Positions 1 through 12,569 of a stretch of DNA of 64,000 bases are shown here, piece after piece (the first letter of the stretch is position 1; every line of letters begins with the position of its first letter). The notes below the pieces were generated by a model. The model did not search any database, was not told the DNA's origin, and saw only the letters and a list, made by a program, of their open reading frames with translations. Made by a program: the position numbers and the translations under genes. Origin of the DNA: Escherichia coli. Its GTDB lineage: Bacteria; Pseudomonadota; Gammaproteobacteria; Enterobacterales; Enterobacteriaceae. The DNA is taken from the NCBI RefSeq assembly GCF_013122565.1, contig NZ_CP053258.1. One strand, written 5' to 3'.

Positions 1-837
1 CCCGGTGCTTACCAACGCGCTGACATCCGCATGGTTCAAAGACTGATGATCGGCCAGCGGTACACATTTTTCCGGTTGTACGCCGCACATCTTCAGCGTG
101 GCAAAAAAGCGCGGCGGATGCCCAATCCCCGCCATCGCCACTACATGTTCAAGCTGAGCAACGTCACAACGCGTACCGGTACGTAAATTCACCGCCTGAC
201 CCGGCAGCAGATGCATGGGGATTTCACCGCTGCGGGGGACACCGCCGTTGACGATTACCGCATCAACCGACTTTAAGCGCCCCGCTCGCTCACGCATTGG
301 CCCCGCCGGCAACCACCAGCCATTGCCAAAGCGACGCACACCATCAATAACGACAATTTCCACATCACGCGCCAGACGGTAATGCTGTAAACCGTCGTCG
401 GTTACGATGATCTGCACATCAGGGTGTTGCGCCAGAATGGCTTTTACCGCATCAGAACGCACGGGAGAAACCGCAACGGGCGCGCCAGTGCGTTGATAAA
501 TCAACACAGGTTCATCACCCGCCTGTGCTGTGGTGGTATCTGCCGACAATAACAGCGGATAAGATTCAGCCTTACCACCATATCCCCGCGATACGACCCC
601 CACGCGAATACCGCGCTGTTGCAACTGTTCCACCAGCCAGACAACGACCGGGGTTTTTCCGTTGCCGCCTGCGGTGAGATTACCAACCACGACAACCGGT
701 ACGGGGGCACGCCAGGCGCGCTTCAGTTTTAGTTTATAGCAAAGACGGATCGCGCCACTCACCAGGCCATACAAGCAGGAGAGTGGCAGCAATAGCCGCC
801 ACAAAGGGGATTCACCAGACCAGATTTTTTCGATCAT
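1..837 (-). CDS. lpxK: Tetraacyldisaccharide 4'-kinase (lipid A biosynthesis), 3' end beyond window
   Basis: Minus-strand translation from ATG at 835-837 gives [19 protein letters not shown]...; start overlaps msbA stop (ATGA at 834-837), the known msbA-lpxK arrangement. Runs off the left edge. Confidence 0.9.
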   Translation of the reverse strand, partial: MIEKIWSGESPLWRLLLPLSCLYGLVSGAIRLCYKLKLKRAWRAPVPVVVVGNLTAGGNGKTPVVVWLVEQLQQRGIRVGVVSRGYGGKAESYPLLLSADTTTAQAGDEPVLIYQRTGAPVAVSPVRSDAVKAILAQHPDVQIIVTDDGLQHYRLARDVEIVVIDGVRRFGNGWWLPAGPMRERAGRLKSVDAVIVNGGVPRSGEIPMHLLPGQAVNLRTGTRCDVAQLEHVVAMAGIGHPPRFFATLKMCGVQPEKCVPLADHQSLNHADVSALVSTG

Positions 838-2582
838 TGGCCAAACTGCATTTTGTGAAGTTGCGCGTAAACGCCACGGTGCTCAAGCAAATCGTTATGC
901 GTACCGCGTTCCACAATGACACCATCCTCGACGACCACGATTTCGTCTGCCTTTTCAATGGTAGACAAGCGGTGGGCAATCACCAGAGAGGTACGGTTTT
1001 TCTGCAACTCATCCAGTGCCGCCTGAATCGCACGTTCGGATTCGGTATCCAGAGCCGAGGTAGCTTCGTCCAGAATCAGAATCGGGCTATCACGCAGCAA
1101 GGCTCGAGCGATAGCAATACGCTGACGCTGACCGCCAGAGAGCAGCACGCCGTTTTCACCAATCACTGTATCGAGACCGTTATCCATCTTATTGATGAAG
1201 TCCATGGCGTAGGCCATACGCGCCGCTTCTTCAATTTGCTCACGGCTGTACTGTTCAGTCCGTGCGTAAGCAATGTTGTTAGCAACCGTATCGTTAAACA
1301 GATGGACATTCTGCGACACCAGAGCAACCTGGTTACGTAACGACGCCAGGGTATACTCGCGCAGATCGTGACCATCCATCAGGATTTCGCCTTCATCAAT
1401 ATCGTAAAAACGCGTGATCAGGCTGGCGATAGTTGATTTACCTGAACCAGAGCGTCCAACCAGAGCAACCGTCTTCCCTGCCGGAATTTTCAGGTTGATG
1501 TTACGCAATGCGGGTACGTCACGTCCCGGATAAGTAAAGGTGACATTGCGGAATTCCACGTCGCCAGTCGCACGCTCGATCACGCGCTTACCTTCGTCTT
1601 TCTCCTGCTCACTGTCCAGAATGGTAAACAGCGTCTGACAAGCCGCCATACCGCGCTGGAACTGGGCGTTAACGTTGGTCAGCGATTTCAGTGGACGCAT
1701 CAGTGCAATCATTGAAGAGAAAACAACGGTAATCGTACCGGCAGTCAGGCTATCCATGACACTTGGGAAGCTCGCCGCATACAGAACAAACGCCAGCGCC
1801 AAAGAGGCGATCAGCTGAATGATCGGATCAGAGATGGAAGAGGCTGAAACCATTTTCATCCCCTGAAGACGCATTCGGTTACTGACTTTATCGAAGCGTT
1901 TCGTTTCCACTTCCTGACCACCGAAAATCAATACTTCTTTGTGGCCCTTCAGCATTTGTTCTGCGCTGGTGGTCACCTGCCCCATTGTGTTCTGCATGTT
2001 TTTACTGATGTTACGAAAACGCTTCGATACAACGCGAATCGCAATCGAAACAATCGGTGCCAGCACAATCAAAATGATCGACAGTTGCCAGCTGTAATAG
2101 AACATCATGATGAACAGGCCGATGATCGACGCACCTTCACGCACAACAGTAATCAGTGCGCTGGAAGAAGAAGAAGCAACCTGTTCGGAATCGTAGGTGA
2201 TACGTGACAACAGCGTACCCGTTGACTGTTTGTCAAAAAATGAAACAGGCATTCCCATCATGTGACCAAACAGGCGGCGACGCATAGTCATTACCACCTT
2301 TCCTGATACCCAGGAGATACAGTAGCTGGAGACATAGCTGGTGATACCACGTAAAATCATCAGCCCGATCACCACCAGCGGCATCCACACCAGCACGGAG
2401 CGATCTGTTTTACCAAAGCCATCATCAAGAAGTGGCTTAAGGAGCGATAACATGAAGGTATCGCTGGCTGCGTTGAGGATTAACGCTACGCCCGCCACGA
2501 TCAGACCCGCTTTAAAAGGCGCAATGGTTGGCCACAGTCGGCGGAACGTCTGCCACGTAGAGAGATCTTTGTCGTTATGCAT
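834..2582 (-). CDS. msbA: Lipid A/LPS ABC exporter (flippase)
   Basis: 582 aa ORF; N-terminal membrane domain plus Walker [10 protein letters not shown] and ABC signature LSGGQRQR; matches E. coli MsbA by recall. Confidence 0.96.
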   Translation of the reverse strand: MHNDKDLSTWQTFRRLWPTIAPFKAGLIVAGVALILNAASDTFMLSLLKPLLDDGFGKTDRSVLVWMPLVVIGLMILRGITSYVSSYCISWVSGKVVMTMRRRLFGHMMGMPVSFFDKQSTGTLLSRITYDSEQVASSSSSALITVVREGASIIGLFIMMFYYSWQLSIILIVLAPIVSIAIRVVSKRFRNISKNMQNTMGQVTTSAEQMLKGHKEVLIFGGQEVETKRFDKVSNRMRLQGMKMVSASSISDPIIQLIASLALAFVLYAASFPSVMDSLTAGTITVVFSSMIALMRPLKSLTNVNAQFQRGMAACQTLFTILDSEQEKDEGKRVIERATGDVEFRNVTFTYPGRDVPALRNINLKIPAGKTVALVGRSGSGKSTIASLITRFYDIDEGEILMDGHDLREYTLASLRNQVALVSQNVHLFNDTVANNIAYARTEQYSREQIEEAARMAYAMDFINKMDNGLDTVIGENGVLLSGGQRQRIAIARALLRDSPILILDEATSALDTESERAIQAALDELQKNRTSLVIAHRLSTIEKADEIVVVEDGVIVERGTHNDLLEHRGVYAQLHKMQFGQ

Positions 2583-2618
2583 TCAAAAAACCAGCATTTG
2601 TTGAAATAGCCGCATATT

Positions 2619-4883
2619 CTACCCGTTATCCACTGGCACGCCAAACCACTGATGATACCAACGAGGTAAAATTTGCTCCCTGAGGCTGCTAATCCGCCAG
2701 CCTTGCGCTGAAAAATTGACCGCTATTTGCCCCTGATGAGGAGTATCAAGCCACGTATAACCCTGTTGTTGATAGCGATGTTTAACTTTGCTTGAGGGCA
2801 ATCGCCATGCGTTATAGCGCGATGCCGATGCGAGTGCCACTTTTCCATTCACCCGCTGAATTAATGGTAACGATGATGAGGTATTACTGCCATGGTGAGG
2901 TACCTGAAGCAATGTTGCCTGCACTTGCTGCCAGTAACGGCTTAGCATCTTTTGTTCAGCGGGGACTTCAATATCACCGGTTAGAAGAATGCTATTCGTC
3001 CCGTCATCAACCTTAACCACACAGGAATGGTTATTTCCTTTATCGTTGCTAGCTTGTAAAGGCCAGTGCACGCTGAAACGCAATCCTTGCCATTGCCACG
3101 CTTCGCCACGCACACAGGGCTGATGATGTTCCCAGTTTAACGGACTTCTGATCCATAACATCGGCCATGTGTGCAATATTGAGTCCAGCCCTCCCCGGTG
3201 ATCCAGATGTTCATGACTCAGAATAACGCCTTCCGGTTCAAGATTATGCCAGTGGAGCCAGGGGATAATCAGTTGTTGCCCACTATCCCCTTCAGGCCAG
3301 GCCAATCCCGTGTCATAGAGAATCGCTTTGCCGTTTCTGGCTATCACCATTGCCAGCCCTTGCCCGACATCAAGCATGTACACTTGCCACTCGTCAGGTC
3401 GAGGTTTTTGCCACAGCGGCCAGCACATCAGCAAGCCTACAGCCACACACATTGCTGGCAACGTTCGCCAGGCGTTTAATCGCCATACCACCAGTAAGAA
3501 CCATGGGGAAAATGATAGCCATTGCCAACGTTCAGCAATGTTGATCCACCCTTCTGGCAAACTCTTTAACCCCCAGAAAAGTAAAGCCAAAGACCGGTCG
3601 GCAAGAAACCATAACCCTTGCTCCAGGATTAACAGCCCGCTTAAATGCACAACCATCGCGGCGAGGATCAACGGAACCGTGATAAATGTCACCAAGGGAA
3701 TTGCTAATAGATTTGCAATAAACGAGGTCAGACTAATGCCATGAAATATGACGATTTGCACGGGCATAAGCAGAAGTGTGATTCCCAGTTGCAGATGGAT
3801 GAGGGAAACAACTGCACGCAATACCGGCGGCAGTTGCCACTCAGGACAGGGAAACCACTGATACCAAAATATCAATGCCGCGACCGCAGCGGCAGAGAGC
3901 CATAAACTTTGCGAGAGAATGGCAACAGGATCCATCAGCAAAATTGCCGCCAGACAACATATCCATACATCCCAGCCACTCCACTGTCGCCCACTTAACT
4001 TAAGCATTCCCCACGTAGCAAGCGCCACAACGGTACGCAATGCAGGAGGTTGCATTCCCGTCAGCCAGGCATAAAAAGCAGCACAGCAGATTCCGCCAAT
4101 TAATGGCATTTGCCAGTGGATCCAGCGCCCAGGCAGAAAAATTTGTCCACTGCGAATGAGTCCGGCAGCCAGCAACGCCGCAAAAGCGATGTGCAATCCC
4201 GATATCGCCATTAAATGCGCCGTTCCAGTATCACGCATGATATTTTTGATTTCTTTAGGGACGGATAACCGTTCCCCCATACCTAAACCAAGAATAACCG
4301 CATTCCACATATAGGGTTGCAGCGTTGTTTGTAGTGACGCCAGATACTGTGCCCGCAGGCTACAATTCGGTTCAATGACACTTGCCTGCAGAAAGCGGCC
4401 GGTGAGCGGCTGATGCTGGGCAATGGCATAACGCTGGCTATCAAAGCCGCCATCATTAAGTTGACCATGAACTGCACGAACTTTGAGTTTCATTGACCAC
4501 AGTTGTCCGGCACAAACCGCTTGCGGAAGATATTCGCCATACAGCACAAGGCCTGGCGCAGGGAATATACGTCGACCTTGTAGATAAGTAATTTGACCGT
4601 AATGAGTGGTCATGCCGTCAGTAGCAGTGATCTCAACAATTGCATCCTGCGTCGCGCCAGTTAAGGTTTCTCCTGCCCACAAAATTTGCTTTGCTGATAA
4701 TATGCCCCAAACGAAAAACAGCAACGTCAGCGCGATATAACGGACGGTTTTAACAGGGATAAATGCCAGTACGCAGGCGAAGAGAGTCAGAAACGCAAGG
4801 GTTAATGTCCCAGGCAATTGGGGCAAAATCAGCAACGGAAAAATTCCGCAAATTATGCATACGCCGACTGTCGTTATTTTCAT
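2619..4883 (-). CDS. ycaI: ComEC/Rec2-family inner membrane protein with metallo-beta-lactamase domain
   Basis: ORF track 2619..4961 (780 aa); internal ATG at 4881-4883 (MKITTVG...) gives 754 aa; polytopic N-terminus, HEHLDHRGG metal-binding motif. Confidence 0.85.
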   Translation of the reverse strand: MKITTVGVCIICGIFPLLILPQLPGTLTLAFLTLFACVLAFIPVKTVRYIALTLLFFVWGILSAKQILWAGETLTGATQDAIVEITATDGMTTHYGQITYLQGRRIFPAPGLVLYGEYLPQAVCAGQLWSMKLKVRAVHGQLNDGGFDSQRYAIAQHQPLTGRFLQASVIEPNCSLRAQYLASLQTTLQPYMWNAVILGLGMGERLSVPKEIKNIMRDTGTAHLMAISGLHIAFAALLAAGLIRSGQIFLPGRWIHWQMPLIGGICCAAFYAWLTGMQPPALRTVVALATWGMLKLSGRQWSGWDVWICCLAAILLMDPVAILSQSLWLSAAAVAALIFWYQWFPCPEWQLPPVLRAVVSLIHLQLGITLLLMPVQIVIFHGISLTSFIANLLAIPLVTFITVPLILAAMVVHLSGLLILEQGLWFLADRSLALLFWGLKSLPEGWINIAERWQWLSFSPWFLLVVWRLNAWRTLPAMCVAVGLLMCWPLWQKPRPDEWQVYMLDVGQGLAMVIARNGKAILYDTGLAWPEGDSGQQLIIPWLHWHNLEPEGVILSHEHLDHRGGLDSILHTWPMLWIRSPLNWEHHQPCVRGEAWQWQGLRFSVHWPLQASNDKGNNHSCVVKVDDGTNSILLTGDIEVPAEQKMLSRYWQQVQATLLQVPHHGSNTSSSLPLIQRVNGKVALASASRYNAWRLPSSKVKHRYQQQGYTWLDTPHQGQIAVNFSAQGWRISSLREQILPRWYHQWFGVPVDNG

Positions 4884-5038
4884 GCACCCCTCCCTGTTTA
4901 TGGAAAGTGTGCAACTTTGTTGAGCGGTTGTCTGGTGGGAATTTTGCGTTCCCCGAGGCACATTCAGAAGAATTTAACGAAAGGGTGAAAACTGCTCAAA
5001 ACTCTGCGAGGCAGCTTCCAGTTCCTGATTAGAGAAAT

Positions 5039-5062
5039 GAAAAAAGCACCCGACAGGTGCTT
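5039..5062 (-). terminator. Rho-independent terminator downstream of ihfB
   Basis: Hairpin agcaccCGACAggtgct with an A-tract on the plus strand (U-tract on minus) just 3' of the ihfB stop. Confidence 0.6.
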
Positions 5063-5089
5063 TTCTCGCGTTCAAGTTTGAGTAAAAAC

Positions 5090-5374
5090 TTAACCGTAAA
5101 TATTGGCGCGATCGCGCAGTTCTTTACCAGGTTTAAAGTGAGGAACGTATTTTCCTTCCAGTTCTACTTTATCGCCAGTCTTCGGATTACGTCCGGTACG
5201 TGGTGCGCGGTAGTGCAAAGAGAAACTGCCGAAACCGCGGATTTCAATACGCTCGCCCTGCGCAAGAGTCGAGGCCATATGCTCCAGCATCTCTTTTACT
5301 GCATCTTCAACCGTCTTGGCGGGAATGTGCGATTGCTGGGTGGCAAGTCTTTCTATCAATTCTGACTTGGTCAT
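5090..5374 (-). CDS. ihfB: Integration host factor beta subunit
   Basis: 94 aa [13 protein letters not shown]...; HU/IHF fold sequence, matches E. coli IhfB by recall. Confidence 0.97.
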
Positions 5375-5489
5375 GATTCCTCCGGTTCCTTAAAGGCAAA
5401 TTAAGCGGCTGCTGTTGCTGCATTGATTAAGGGCGGCCGTAGCCGCCCTTAGTGCTTGATTACAGGACGAAACCTGCAATCTGTCAAGT

Positions 5490-5524
5490 AAACTCAACAA
5501 ACTTCGGAATAAAAATCCCGAAGA
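5490..5524 (-). terminator. Rho-independent terminator downstream of rpsA
   Basis: Minus strand reads CTCTTCGGGATTTTTATTCCGAAGTTTGTTGAGTTT directly after the rpsA stop: a hairpin followed by a U-rich tract. Confidence 0.55.
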
Positions 5525-5533
5525 GTCAGAGAA

Positions 5534-7207
5534 TTACTCGCCTTTAGCTGCTTTGAAAGCTTCAGCCATTGCGTTGTTGGAGAAGTTTGCATCTTCCTGT
5601 TTGTTAACAGTTGCGATTGCATCTTTCTCGTCAGCTTCGTCTTTCGCACGAACAGACAGGCTGATTGCGCGGTTTTTACGATCAACGCCGGTGAATTTAG
5701 CTTCAACTTCGTCGCCAACGCTCAGAACCAGGGTAGCGTCTTCAACGCGGTCACGGGATGCTTCAGAAGCACGCAGGTAACCTTCAACGCCGTCAGCCAG
5801 TTCTACGGTTGCGCCTTTAGCGTCAACTGCAGTTACTTTACCGGTTACGATAGCGCCTTTCTTGTTCAGAGCAACCCAGTTGTTGAACGGATCTTCTGCG
5901 AGCTGTTTAACGCCCAGGGAGATACGTTCACGTTCTGCGTCGACCTGCAGAACAACTGCAGCGATTTCGTCGCCTTTTTTGTATTCACGAACTGCTTCTT
6001 CGCCTGCAACGTTCCAGGAGATGTCAGACAGGTGAACCAGGCCGTCGATGCCGCCGTCCAGGCCGATGAAGATACCGAAGTCAGTGATAGACTTGATTTT
6101 ACCTTCAACACGGTCGCCCTTGTTGTGGGTTTCCGCGAACTGCTGCCACGGGTTAGCTTTGCACTGTTTCAGACCCAGGGAGATACGACGACGTTCTTCG
6201 TCGATATCCAGAACCATAACTTCCACTACATCGCCAACGTTAACAACTTTGGACGGGTGGATGTTTTTGTTGGTCCAATCCATTTCGGAAACGTGTACCA
6301 GGCCTTCAACGCCTTCTTCGATTTCAACGAAGCAGCCGTAGTCGGTCAGGTTGGTCACGCGACCAGTCAGTTTGGTACCTTCCGGATAACGTTTAGCGAT
6401 AGCTACCCACGGATCTTCGCCCAGCTGTTTCAGGCCCAGGGATACACGGGTACGTTCGCGGTCGAACTTCAGCACTTTAACAGTGATTTCGTCGCCCACG
6501 TTGACGATTTCGCTCGGATGCTTAACGCGTTTCCAGGCCATGTCAGTGATGTGCAGCAGGCCGTCAACGCCGCCCAGATCAACGAATGCACCGTAGTCAG
6601 TGAGGTTCTTAACGATACCTTTAACTTCCATGCCTTCCTGCAGGTTTTCCAGCAGCTGATCGCGCTCTGCGCTGTTTTCGGATTCGATAACGGCACGACG
6701 AGAAACAACAACGTTGTTGCGCTTCTGATCCAGCTTGATTACTTTGAATTCAAGCTCTTTGCCTTCCAGGTGCAGAGTGTCACGCACCGGACGAACGTCT
6801 ACCAGAGAACCTGGCAGGAACGCACGAATACCGTTCAGCTCAACAGTGAAGCCGCCCTTAACTTTGCCGTTGATAACACCGGTAACAGTTTCAGCATCTT
6901 CGTAAGCTTTTTCCAGCGTGATCCAGGCTTCGTGACGTTTAGCTTTCTCACGGGACAGCAGAGTTTCACCGAAGCCGTCTTCTACTGCGTCCAGAGCAAC
7001 GTCAACTTCGTCACCTACCTGGATTTCCAGCTCGCCCTGGGCGTTTTTGAACTGCTCAGCCGGGATGGCGGACTCAGATTTCAGACCAGCGTCAACCAGT
7101 ACTACGTCTTTGTCGATAGCAACAACAACGCCACGAACGATAGAACCCGGGCGGGTTTCGATTTCTTTTAAGGACTCTTCAAAGAGTTGAGCAAAAGATT
7201 CAGTCAT
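5534..7207 (-). CDS. rpsA: 30S ribosomal protein S1
   Basis: 557 aa ORF with repeated S1 domains; matches E. coli RpsA by recall. The long plus-strand ORF 6032..7171 is its antisense artefact. Confidence 0.98.
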
Positions 7208-7317
7208 GTTTAATCTTCAGGTTTATATTTAACGTCCACCTGGCTCCATGCCGGATGGGGTTGTTTAACATACCCGCTGTCATTCCATTGCAACGGGGGT
7301 ACTGCAAATTCGGTCGC

Positions 7318-8001
7318 TTATGCGAGAGCCAATTTCTGGCGCGCGTATTGTAGCGCTTTTTCAATCACTTGCTCAATGCTTAAGGTGGTGGAATCCAACA
7401 CTAAAGCATCGGCTGCCGGAACCAGTGGCGCTACCGCTCGGTTACGATCGCGGTCGTCGCGTTCTTTGATCTCGGCCAAAAGGCGCTCAAAGTTAACACT
7501 AAAGCCCTTCTCCTGCAACTGTAGCATGCGGCGATGCGCACGTTCTTCCGAGGAGGCGTCAAGGAAAATTTTCACTGGCGCATCAGGGAATACCACCGTT
7601 CCCATGTCGCGGCCATCGGCAATCAGGCCTGGTAATTCGCGAAACGCGCGTTGGCGACGCAATAATGCTTCACGAACGCGTGGGAATGCCGCGACTTGTG
7701 AAGCTGCATTCGCCACTTCCTGAGTACGAATTTCGCCGCTGACATCTTCCCCTTCGAGGATCACTTCCAGATTGCCATTGGTCGACACAAAACGTACATC
7801 CAGATGGGATGCCAGCGGTACCAGCGCATCTTCCGACGCAACATCGACATGGTGATGTAATGCCGCTAGTGCCAGTACGCGATAAATTGCACCCGAATCC
7901 AGCAGATGCCATTGCAATGCTTCCGCCATAGCCTTACACAAGGTGCCTTTCCCTGCACCGCTTGGGCCATCAATGGTAATAACCGGGGCAATTGCCGTCA
8001 T
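7318..8001 (-). CDS. cmk: Cytidylate kinase
   Basis: 227 aa ORF with P-loop GPSGAGKGT; matches E. coli Cmk. Confidence 0.96.
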
Positions 8002-8173
8002 CTTTATCTCCTTAAAACAGGCGTACCGTTAACATAACCGCGCGCATTATACGCGCCGACGCCACAAATCGTTAACGTTGTGTGCAAAAACCAGTTTTGT
8101 CTGTATTCAGATGGGGATTTATTGCGCAATTATAGCGGGCTGGCAGAAGACCAGCCCGAAAGATGACAATGAT

Positions 8174-8938
8174 TTACTTACCAGAGGCGATACGATCACG
8201 GATGTGTTGCGCACGCTCTGTTGATGGTGGGTGAGAGTCAAACATGGACTGGGTGCGACCGCCATCCAGGCTAGCCAGTTTTTCAAAGCTGCCAACCAGC
8301 CCCTGGGTGCTGATGCCACGTTTCTTCAACAGATCAAAGGAGAAATCATCTGCTTCGGACTCTTTATCGCGGGAGTATTTCGCATTGATAGCGCCTTCTG
8401 CGATATCGCCTAATTGTGAGCGAGAAAGCTGGGAAGCCACACCGCTGGTAGCGGAAATCGCATCACGTGCGGCCACGATCGCATAAGAAGCTTTCATTTC
8501 AGCCAGAGAGTGACCCAACGCGACGTGGCCCAGTTCATGGCCCAGAACGCCTTCAATTTCGTTGTCGTTCATCATGTCCATCAGGCCACTGTAGACACGA
8601 ACACAGCCGTTCGCCATCGCCCATGCGTTGACGTCGCTGGTCATATAAACCTTATAGTTGACCGGCGTGCCATTAATATTGTTACCCAATGCTTTGGCGA
8701 TTTTTGCCAGACGTTTACCGTACTTGCTGGATTTACTTGCGACTTGATTGCCGCTGTCCATTTCGGCACAGCCCTGATTGGCAATCGCTTTTGCATCGGC
8801 ATCGCTTAATGTTGCTGCTTTATAGGCATTTAAACCGGAGCTGATAGCCATATTGGTATCAATACCGTGGGTATTTTGACACCCTGTCAGTAATGCTGCA
8901 GAGACCGCAATCGCCAGCAGTAATTTAGTATTCTTCAT
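8174..8938 (-). CDS. ycaL: M48-family metallopeptidase lipoprotein
   Basis: ORF track 8174..8962; internal ATG at 8936-8938 gives 254 aa MKNTKLLLAIAVSAALLTGC (lipobox) with HELGH zinc motif. Confidence 0.85.
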   Translation of the reverse strand: MKNTKLLLAIAVSAALLTGCQNTHGIDTNMAISSGLNAYKAATLSDADAKAIANQGCAEMDSGNQVASKSSKYGKRLAKIAKALGNNINGTPVNYKVYMTSDVNAWAMANGCVRVYSGLMDMMNDNEIEGVLGHELGHVALGHSLAEMKASYAIVAARDAISATSGVASQLSRSQLGDIAEGAINAKYSRDKESEADDFSFDLLKKRGISTQGLVGSFEKLASLDGGRTQSMFDSHPPSTERAQHIRDRIASGK

Positions 8939-9036
8939 GTGAATCATCCGTTGATTAATCATATATAAATATTATGTATCAACAACTTACATTGACAAGC
9001 GACGCTACCATTAATCAAAATGACTCACAAGGTCCG

Positions 9037-9067
9037 AAAAAAAACGCCGGCAATGTGCCGACGTTTT
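9037..9067 (-). terminator. Terminator downstream of aroA (possibly bidirectional)
   Basis: GC hairpin cgccggcAATGTgccgacg flanked by an A-tract and a T-tract, immediately 3' of the aroA stop. Confidence 0.5.
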
Positions 9068-9106
9068 GATAAAGAAAGATTTGGCTATTTATTGCCCGTT
9101 GTTCAT

Positions 9107-10390
9107 TCAGGCTGCCTGGCTAATCCGCGCCAGCTGCTCGAAATAATCCGGAAATGTTTTGGCCGTACATTTGGGATCAAGAATCGTCACTGGTGTATCT
9201 GACAACGCCACCAGCGAGAAACACATCGCCATCCGGTGATCATTGTATGTCGCGATCTCGGCAAAGTTCAGTTTTTCCGGTGGAGTGATACGAATGTAAT
9301 CGTGCCCCTCTGCTACTTCTGCACCGACTTTACGCAGTTCTGTTGCCATCGCAAACAGGCGATCGGTCTCTTTAACACGCCAGTTATAGATATTGCGCAG
9401 CGTGGTGGTGCCTTTTGCAAATAACGCCGCGGTGGCAATGGTCATCGCCGCATCGGGAATATGGTTCATATCCATATCAATAGCGTTCAGTTCACCACGC
9501 GTGCAGGAAATATAATCATCGCCCCAGCAAATGGTCGCGCCCATTTTTTCCAGCACATCAGCAAAGCGAATATCACCCTGCATACTGTTGCGTCCAATGC
9601 CGGTCACTTTTACAGTGCCGCCTTTGATTGCTGCTGCTGCCAGAAAGTAAGAAGCGGAAGATGCATCGCCTTCGACCAAATAAGTACCCGGAGACTGATA
9701 AGACTGCCCGCCTTTAACGACAAATTGTTGATAGTGCTGATTTTCAATTTCAACACCAAACGTCTTCATCAGATTGAGTGTGATGTCGATATAAGGTTTA
9801 GAAACCAGATCGCCTTTAATACGAATCACCGTATCTTCCGGCGCAAGAGGCGCAGTCATTAATAGTGCGGTGAGGAACTGGCTGGAAACAGAGCCATCAA
9901 CGTCAACGTTGCCGCCAGTAAAGCCGCCCTGTAAACGCAATGGCGGATAATTTTCTTGTTCCAGGTAAGTGATCTTCGCCCCGCCCAGGCGCAGCGCATC
10001 CACCAGATGACCAATCGGGCGCTCTTTCATACGCGGCTCACCGGTCAGCACAATATCATTGCTACCCAGACAAAGAGCTGCCGCCAGCGGACGCATTGCC
10101 GTTCCGGCGTTACCGAGGAACAACTCCAGGGCGCTTTTTGCGTGTAATGGACCGCCGTTACCGATAATTTCGCAACGCGTACGATCGGCTGAAAGCGTAT
10201 AGCTTACCCCTAACGCTGCTAATGCATTCAGCATATGGCGCACGTCATCGCTATCCAGCAGATTGGTTAATACTGTTTTGCCGTGTGCTAATGCCGCCAG
10301 CAATAAAGCGCGGTTAGAAACGCTCTTGGAACCGGGCAGATTAATAGTGCCATCGACACGAGCGATGGGTTGTAACGTCAGGGATTCCAT
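9107..10390 (-). CDS. aroA: 3-phosphoshikimate 1-carboxyvinyltransferase (EPSP synthase)
   Basis: 427 aa [38 protein letters not shown]...; classic EPSPS N-terminus. Confidence 0.97.
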   Translation of the reverse strand: MESLTLQPIARVDGTINLPGSKSVSNRALLLAALAHGKTVLTNLLDSDDVRHMLNALAALGVSYTLSADRTRCEIIGNGGPLHAKSALELFLGNAGTAMRPLAAALCLGSNDIVLTGEPRMKERPIGHLVDALRLGGAKITYLEQENYPPLRLQGGFTGGNVDVDGSVSSQFLTALLMTAPLAPEDTVIRIKGDLVSKPYIDITLNLMKTFGVEIENQHYQQFVVKGGQSYQSPGTYLVEGDASSASYFLAAAAIKGGTVKVTGIGRNSMQGDIRFADVLEKMGATICWGDDYISCTRGELNAIDMDMNHIPDAAMTIATAALFAKGTTTLRNIYNWRVKETDRLFAMATELRKVGAEVAEGHDYIRITPPEKLNFAEIATYNDHRMAMCFSLVALSDTPVTILDPKCTAKTFPDYFEQLARISQAA

Positions 10391-10460
10391 GAACTCAACT
10401 CTCTACAACAGAAATAAAAACCCCACAGGCTGGCTGTGGGGATTAAGCAAAATTTCGGCA

Positions 10461-11549
10461 TTAGCCGTGACGGCGTTCGAACTCAACCATGAAGTCTGTC
10501 AGCGCTTTAACGCCTTCCAGTGGCATGGCGTTATAAATGGACGCGCGCATTCCGCCGACCACACGGTGACCTTTCAGTGCATGAAGGCCAGCAGCAAAAG
10601 ACTCTTCAAGGAACAATTTGTCAAGCGCACTGTCTGCCAACTGGAAGGGTACGTTCATCCGCGAACGGTTAGGTTTCGCCACGTCGTTGCGGTAGAAATC
10701 GCTGTTATCAATCACCCCATACAGCAGTTCTGCTTTTTGCTGATTGATTTTATCCATTGCACCTACACCGCCGTTCGCTTTCAGCCATTTAAAGACCAGA
10801 CCAGACAGATACCAGGCAAATGTCGGTGGCGTGTTAAACATGGAGTCGTTATCGTTGAGGATGGAATAATCCAGAATCGACGGACACGCGATATTCGCTT
10901 TGCCCAGCAAATCTTCACGAACGATGACGATTGTCAGGCCTGCCGGGCCGATATTTTTCTGCGCGCCAGCGTAAATCACACCATAACGGTTAACATCGAT
11001 TGGACGAGAAAGAATGGTTGAAGAGAAGTCGGCGGCAACCACCACATCTTTGCCGAAGTCTGGCGTTTCGTCGATGGCGATACCGTCGATGGTTTCATTC
11101 GGGCAGTAATGCATATAAGCAGCATTATCAGAGAGTTGCCATTCACGCATTGGCTTAACCGCGCGCAGACCATCAACAGTCACTTTGGCGTCAAAGACAT
11201 TAGGCGTGCAGTATTTTTTCGCTTCTTTAATGGCACTTGCCGCCCAGTAACCGGCATCAACATAATCTGCGGTGGTTTTATCACCGAGAATATTCAGCGG
11301 TACCGCAGCAAACTGACCGCGACCACCGCCATGGCAGAATAATACCTTGTAGTTGGAGGGGACATTAAGAAGATCGCGAAAATCCTTCTCGGCTTCCTCT
11401 GCAACCTGAATGAACTCTTTGCCACGGTGACTCACTTCCATCACCGACGTACCAAGACCGTTCCAGTCGCGCAGTTCCTGTTGAGCCTGTTTAAGCACCT
11501 CTGCCGGTAGCATTGCCGGACCAGAACTAAAATTGAAGATTTGAGCCAT
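10461..11549 (-). CDS. serC: Phosphoserine aminotransferase
   Basis: 362 aa [18 protein letters not shown]...; class V aminotransferase; upstream of aroA as in the serC-aroA operon. Confidence 0.97.
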   Translation of the reverse strand: MAQIFNFSSGPAMLPAEVLKQAQQELRDWNGLGTSVMEVSHRGKEFIQVAEEAEKDFRDLLNVPSNYKVLFCHGGGRGQFAAVPLNILGDKTTADYVDAGYWAASAIKEAKKYCTPNVFDAKVTVDGLRAVKPMREWQLSDNAAYMHYCPNETIDGIAIDETPDFGKDVVVAADFSSTILSRPIDVNRYGVIYAGAQKNIGPAGLTIVIVREDLLGKANIACPSILDYSILNDNDSMFNTPPTFAWYLSGLVFKWLKANGGVGAMDKINQQKAELLYGVIDNSDFYRNDVAKPNRSRMNVPFQLADSALDKLFLEESFAAGLHALKGHRVVGGMRASIYNAMPLEGVKALTDFMVEFERRHG

Positions 11550-11747
11550 TTCCCCTCACCACGTTGCGTTGCTATTAACCCGCGGTCAATCGATTGCGAC
11601 CACAGGTAATACATTATTCCTGTGGCTATCGGTTTTATCATTCAGTGACACACATCGCAATGAGTAAAACCGTTGAGGGCAAAAATGTGGCTTGCATCAC
11701 ACAAAAGAATCTCTCGGATTATTAGCAAAAAGCCGATGTTTTTACTG

Positions 11748-12440
11748 TCAGGTCACCCGTTTTGCCCGACTTGCCTTCGTCCATTCTGGATTTGCACAGC
11801 GCGGACATAATTGTTTTTCCCCCGCGTTCATATGAATGATTTCACTACAACGAATGCAGGCATAGTCCGCCGACTCCGGCACCACTTTGTAACGCTGCGT
11901 ACAATCACTGGGTAAAATAAGTAAACCCGGTTTCACCTTGTCATCTTCAAAGAAATAGACACTGATTTGCCCGTTGGTTTCGAGAATTGCCAGACGTACT
12001 TGCCCCAACTGCTCTACACCACGCAATCGTAGCTCCATAAAGAACTCAAATTCCGTCATGTTGGAGTTATTGAGTTTCGACCAGGCCAGCTCGCCATCTT
12101 CAATAATAACAACCGGCTTGCCTTCCAGAAGATCTTCCAGTTTTTCACTGTGCGCCATCAACCACATTACCAGGCGGTATAACAACGCCAGAGTCATAAA
12201 GACGATAAGTACCGGCACCATCGGCACATCATCATAAAACGCCACATCTCCCGCCGCTGAACCCAGCGTCAGAATGATTAACACTTCAAAAAGCGACATC
12301 TGCCGCACTCCGCGTCGTCCGGTCATTTTGAGGAACAAAAAGACCAGTACAAAGGTATAAAGACTACGTAGTGCAACTTCGCCAAGGAAATCAAAAGGCA
12401 CTTTATCAAATGCCATACGGTGGAGATCGAACGCCTTCAT
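11748..12440 (-). CDS. ycaP: Inner membrane protein, DUF421 family
   Basis: 230 aa ORF with N-terminal transmembrane helices; position and length match E. coli YcaP by recall. Confidence 0.8.
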   Translation of the reverse strand: MKAFDLHRMAFDKVPFDFLGEVALRSLYTFVLVFLFLKMTGRRGVRQMSLFEVLIILTLGSAAGDVAFYDDVPMVPVLIVFMTLALLYRLVMWLMAHSEKLEDLLEGKPVVIIEDGELAWSKLNNSNMTEFEFFMELRLRGVEQLGQVRLAILETNGQISVYFFEDDKVKPGLLILPSDCTQRYKVVPESADYACIRCSEIIHMNAGEKQLCPRCANPEWTKASRAKRVT

Positions 12441-12569
12441 TTTTATGCTCTTATCGTGGTTTATCCGCTAAAAGCATAGTCAACAGTTCATCGGCATGGC
12501 GGCGGTGATAGCGCCTTTGAGATAAAACCCGTATTATTGCGCGCTTTCCGTACGACTAAAGTGATTTTC

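Noticed and set aside
2619-4961. Longer N-terminal extensions suggested by the ORF track (for example ycaI 780 aa, ycaL 262 aa, ycaO 597 aa, dmsC 308 aa, trxB, ybjS, macA, lrp)
   Set aside because: The track extends to the most upstream in-frame start, including GTG/TTG. Internal ATG starts give the lengths and N-termini I recall for the E. coli proteins and leave room for an RBS, so the extensions are not treated as novel N-terminal domains.
6032-7171. 379-aa plus-strand ORF antisense to rpsA
   Set aside because: Same codon-bias artefact as for pflB; no independent RBS or plausible protein features.
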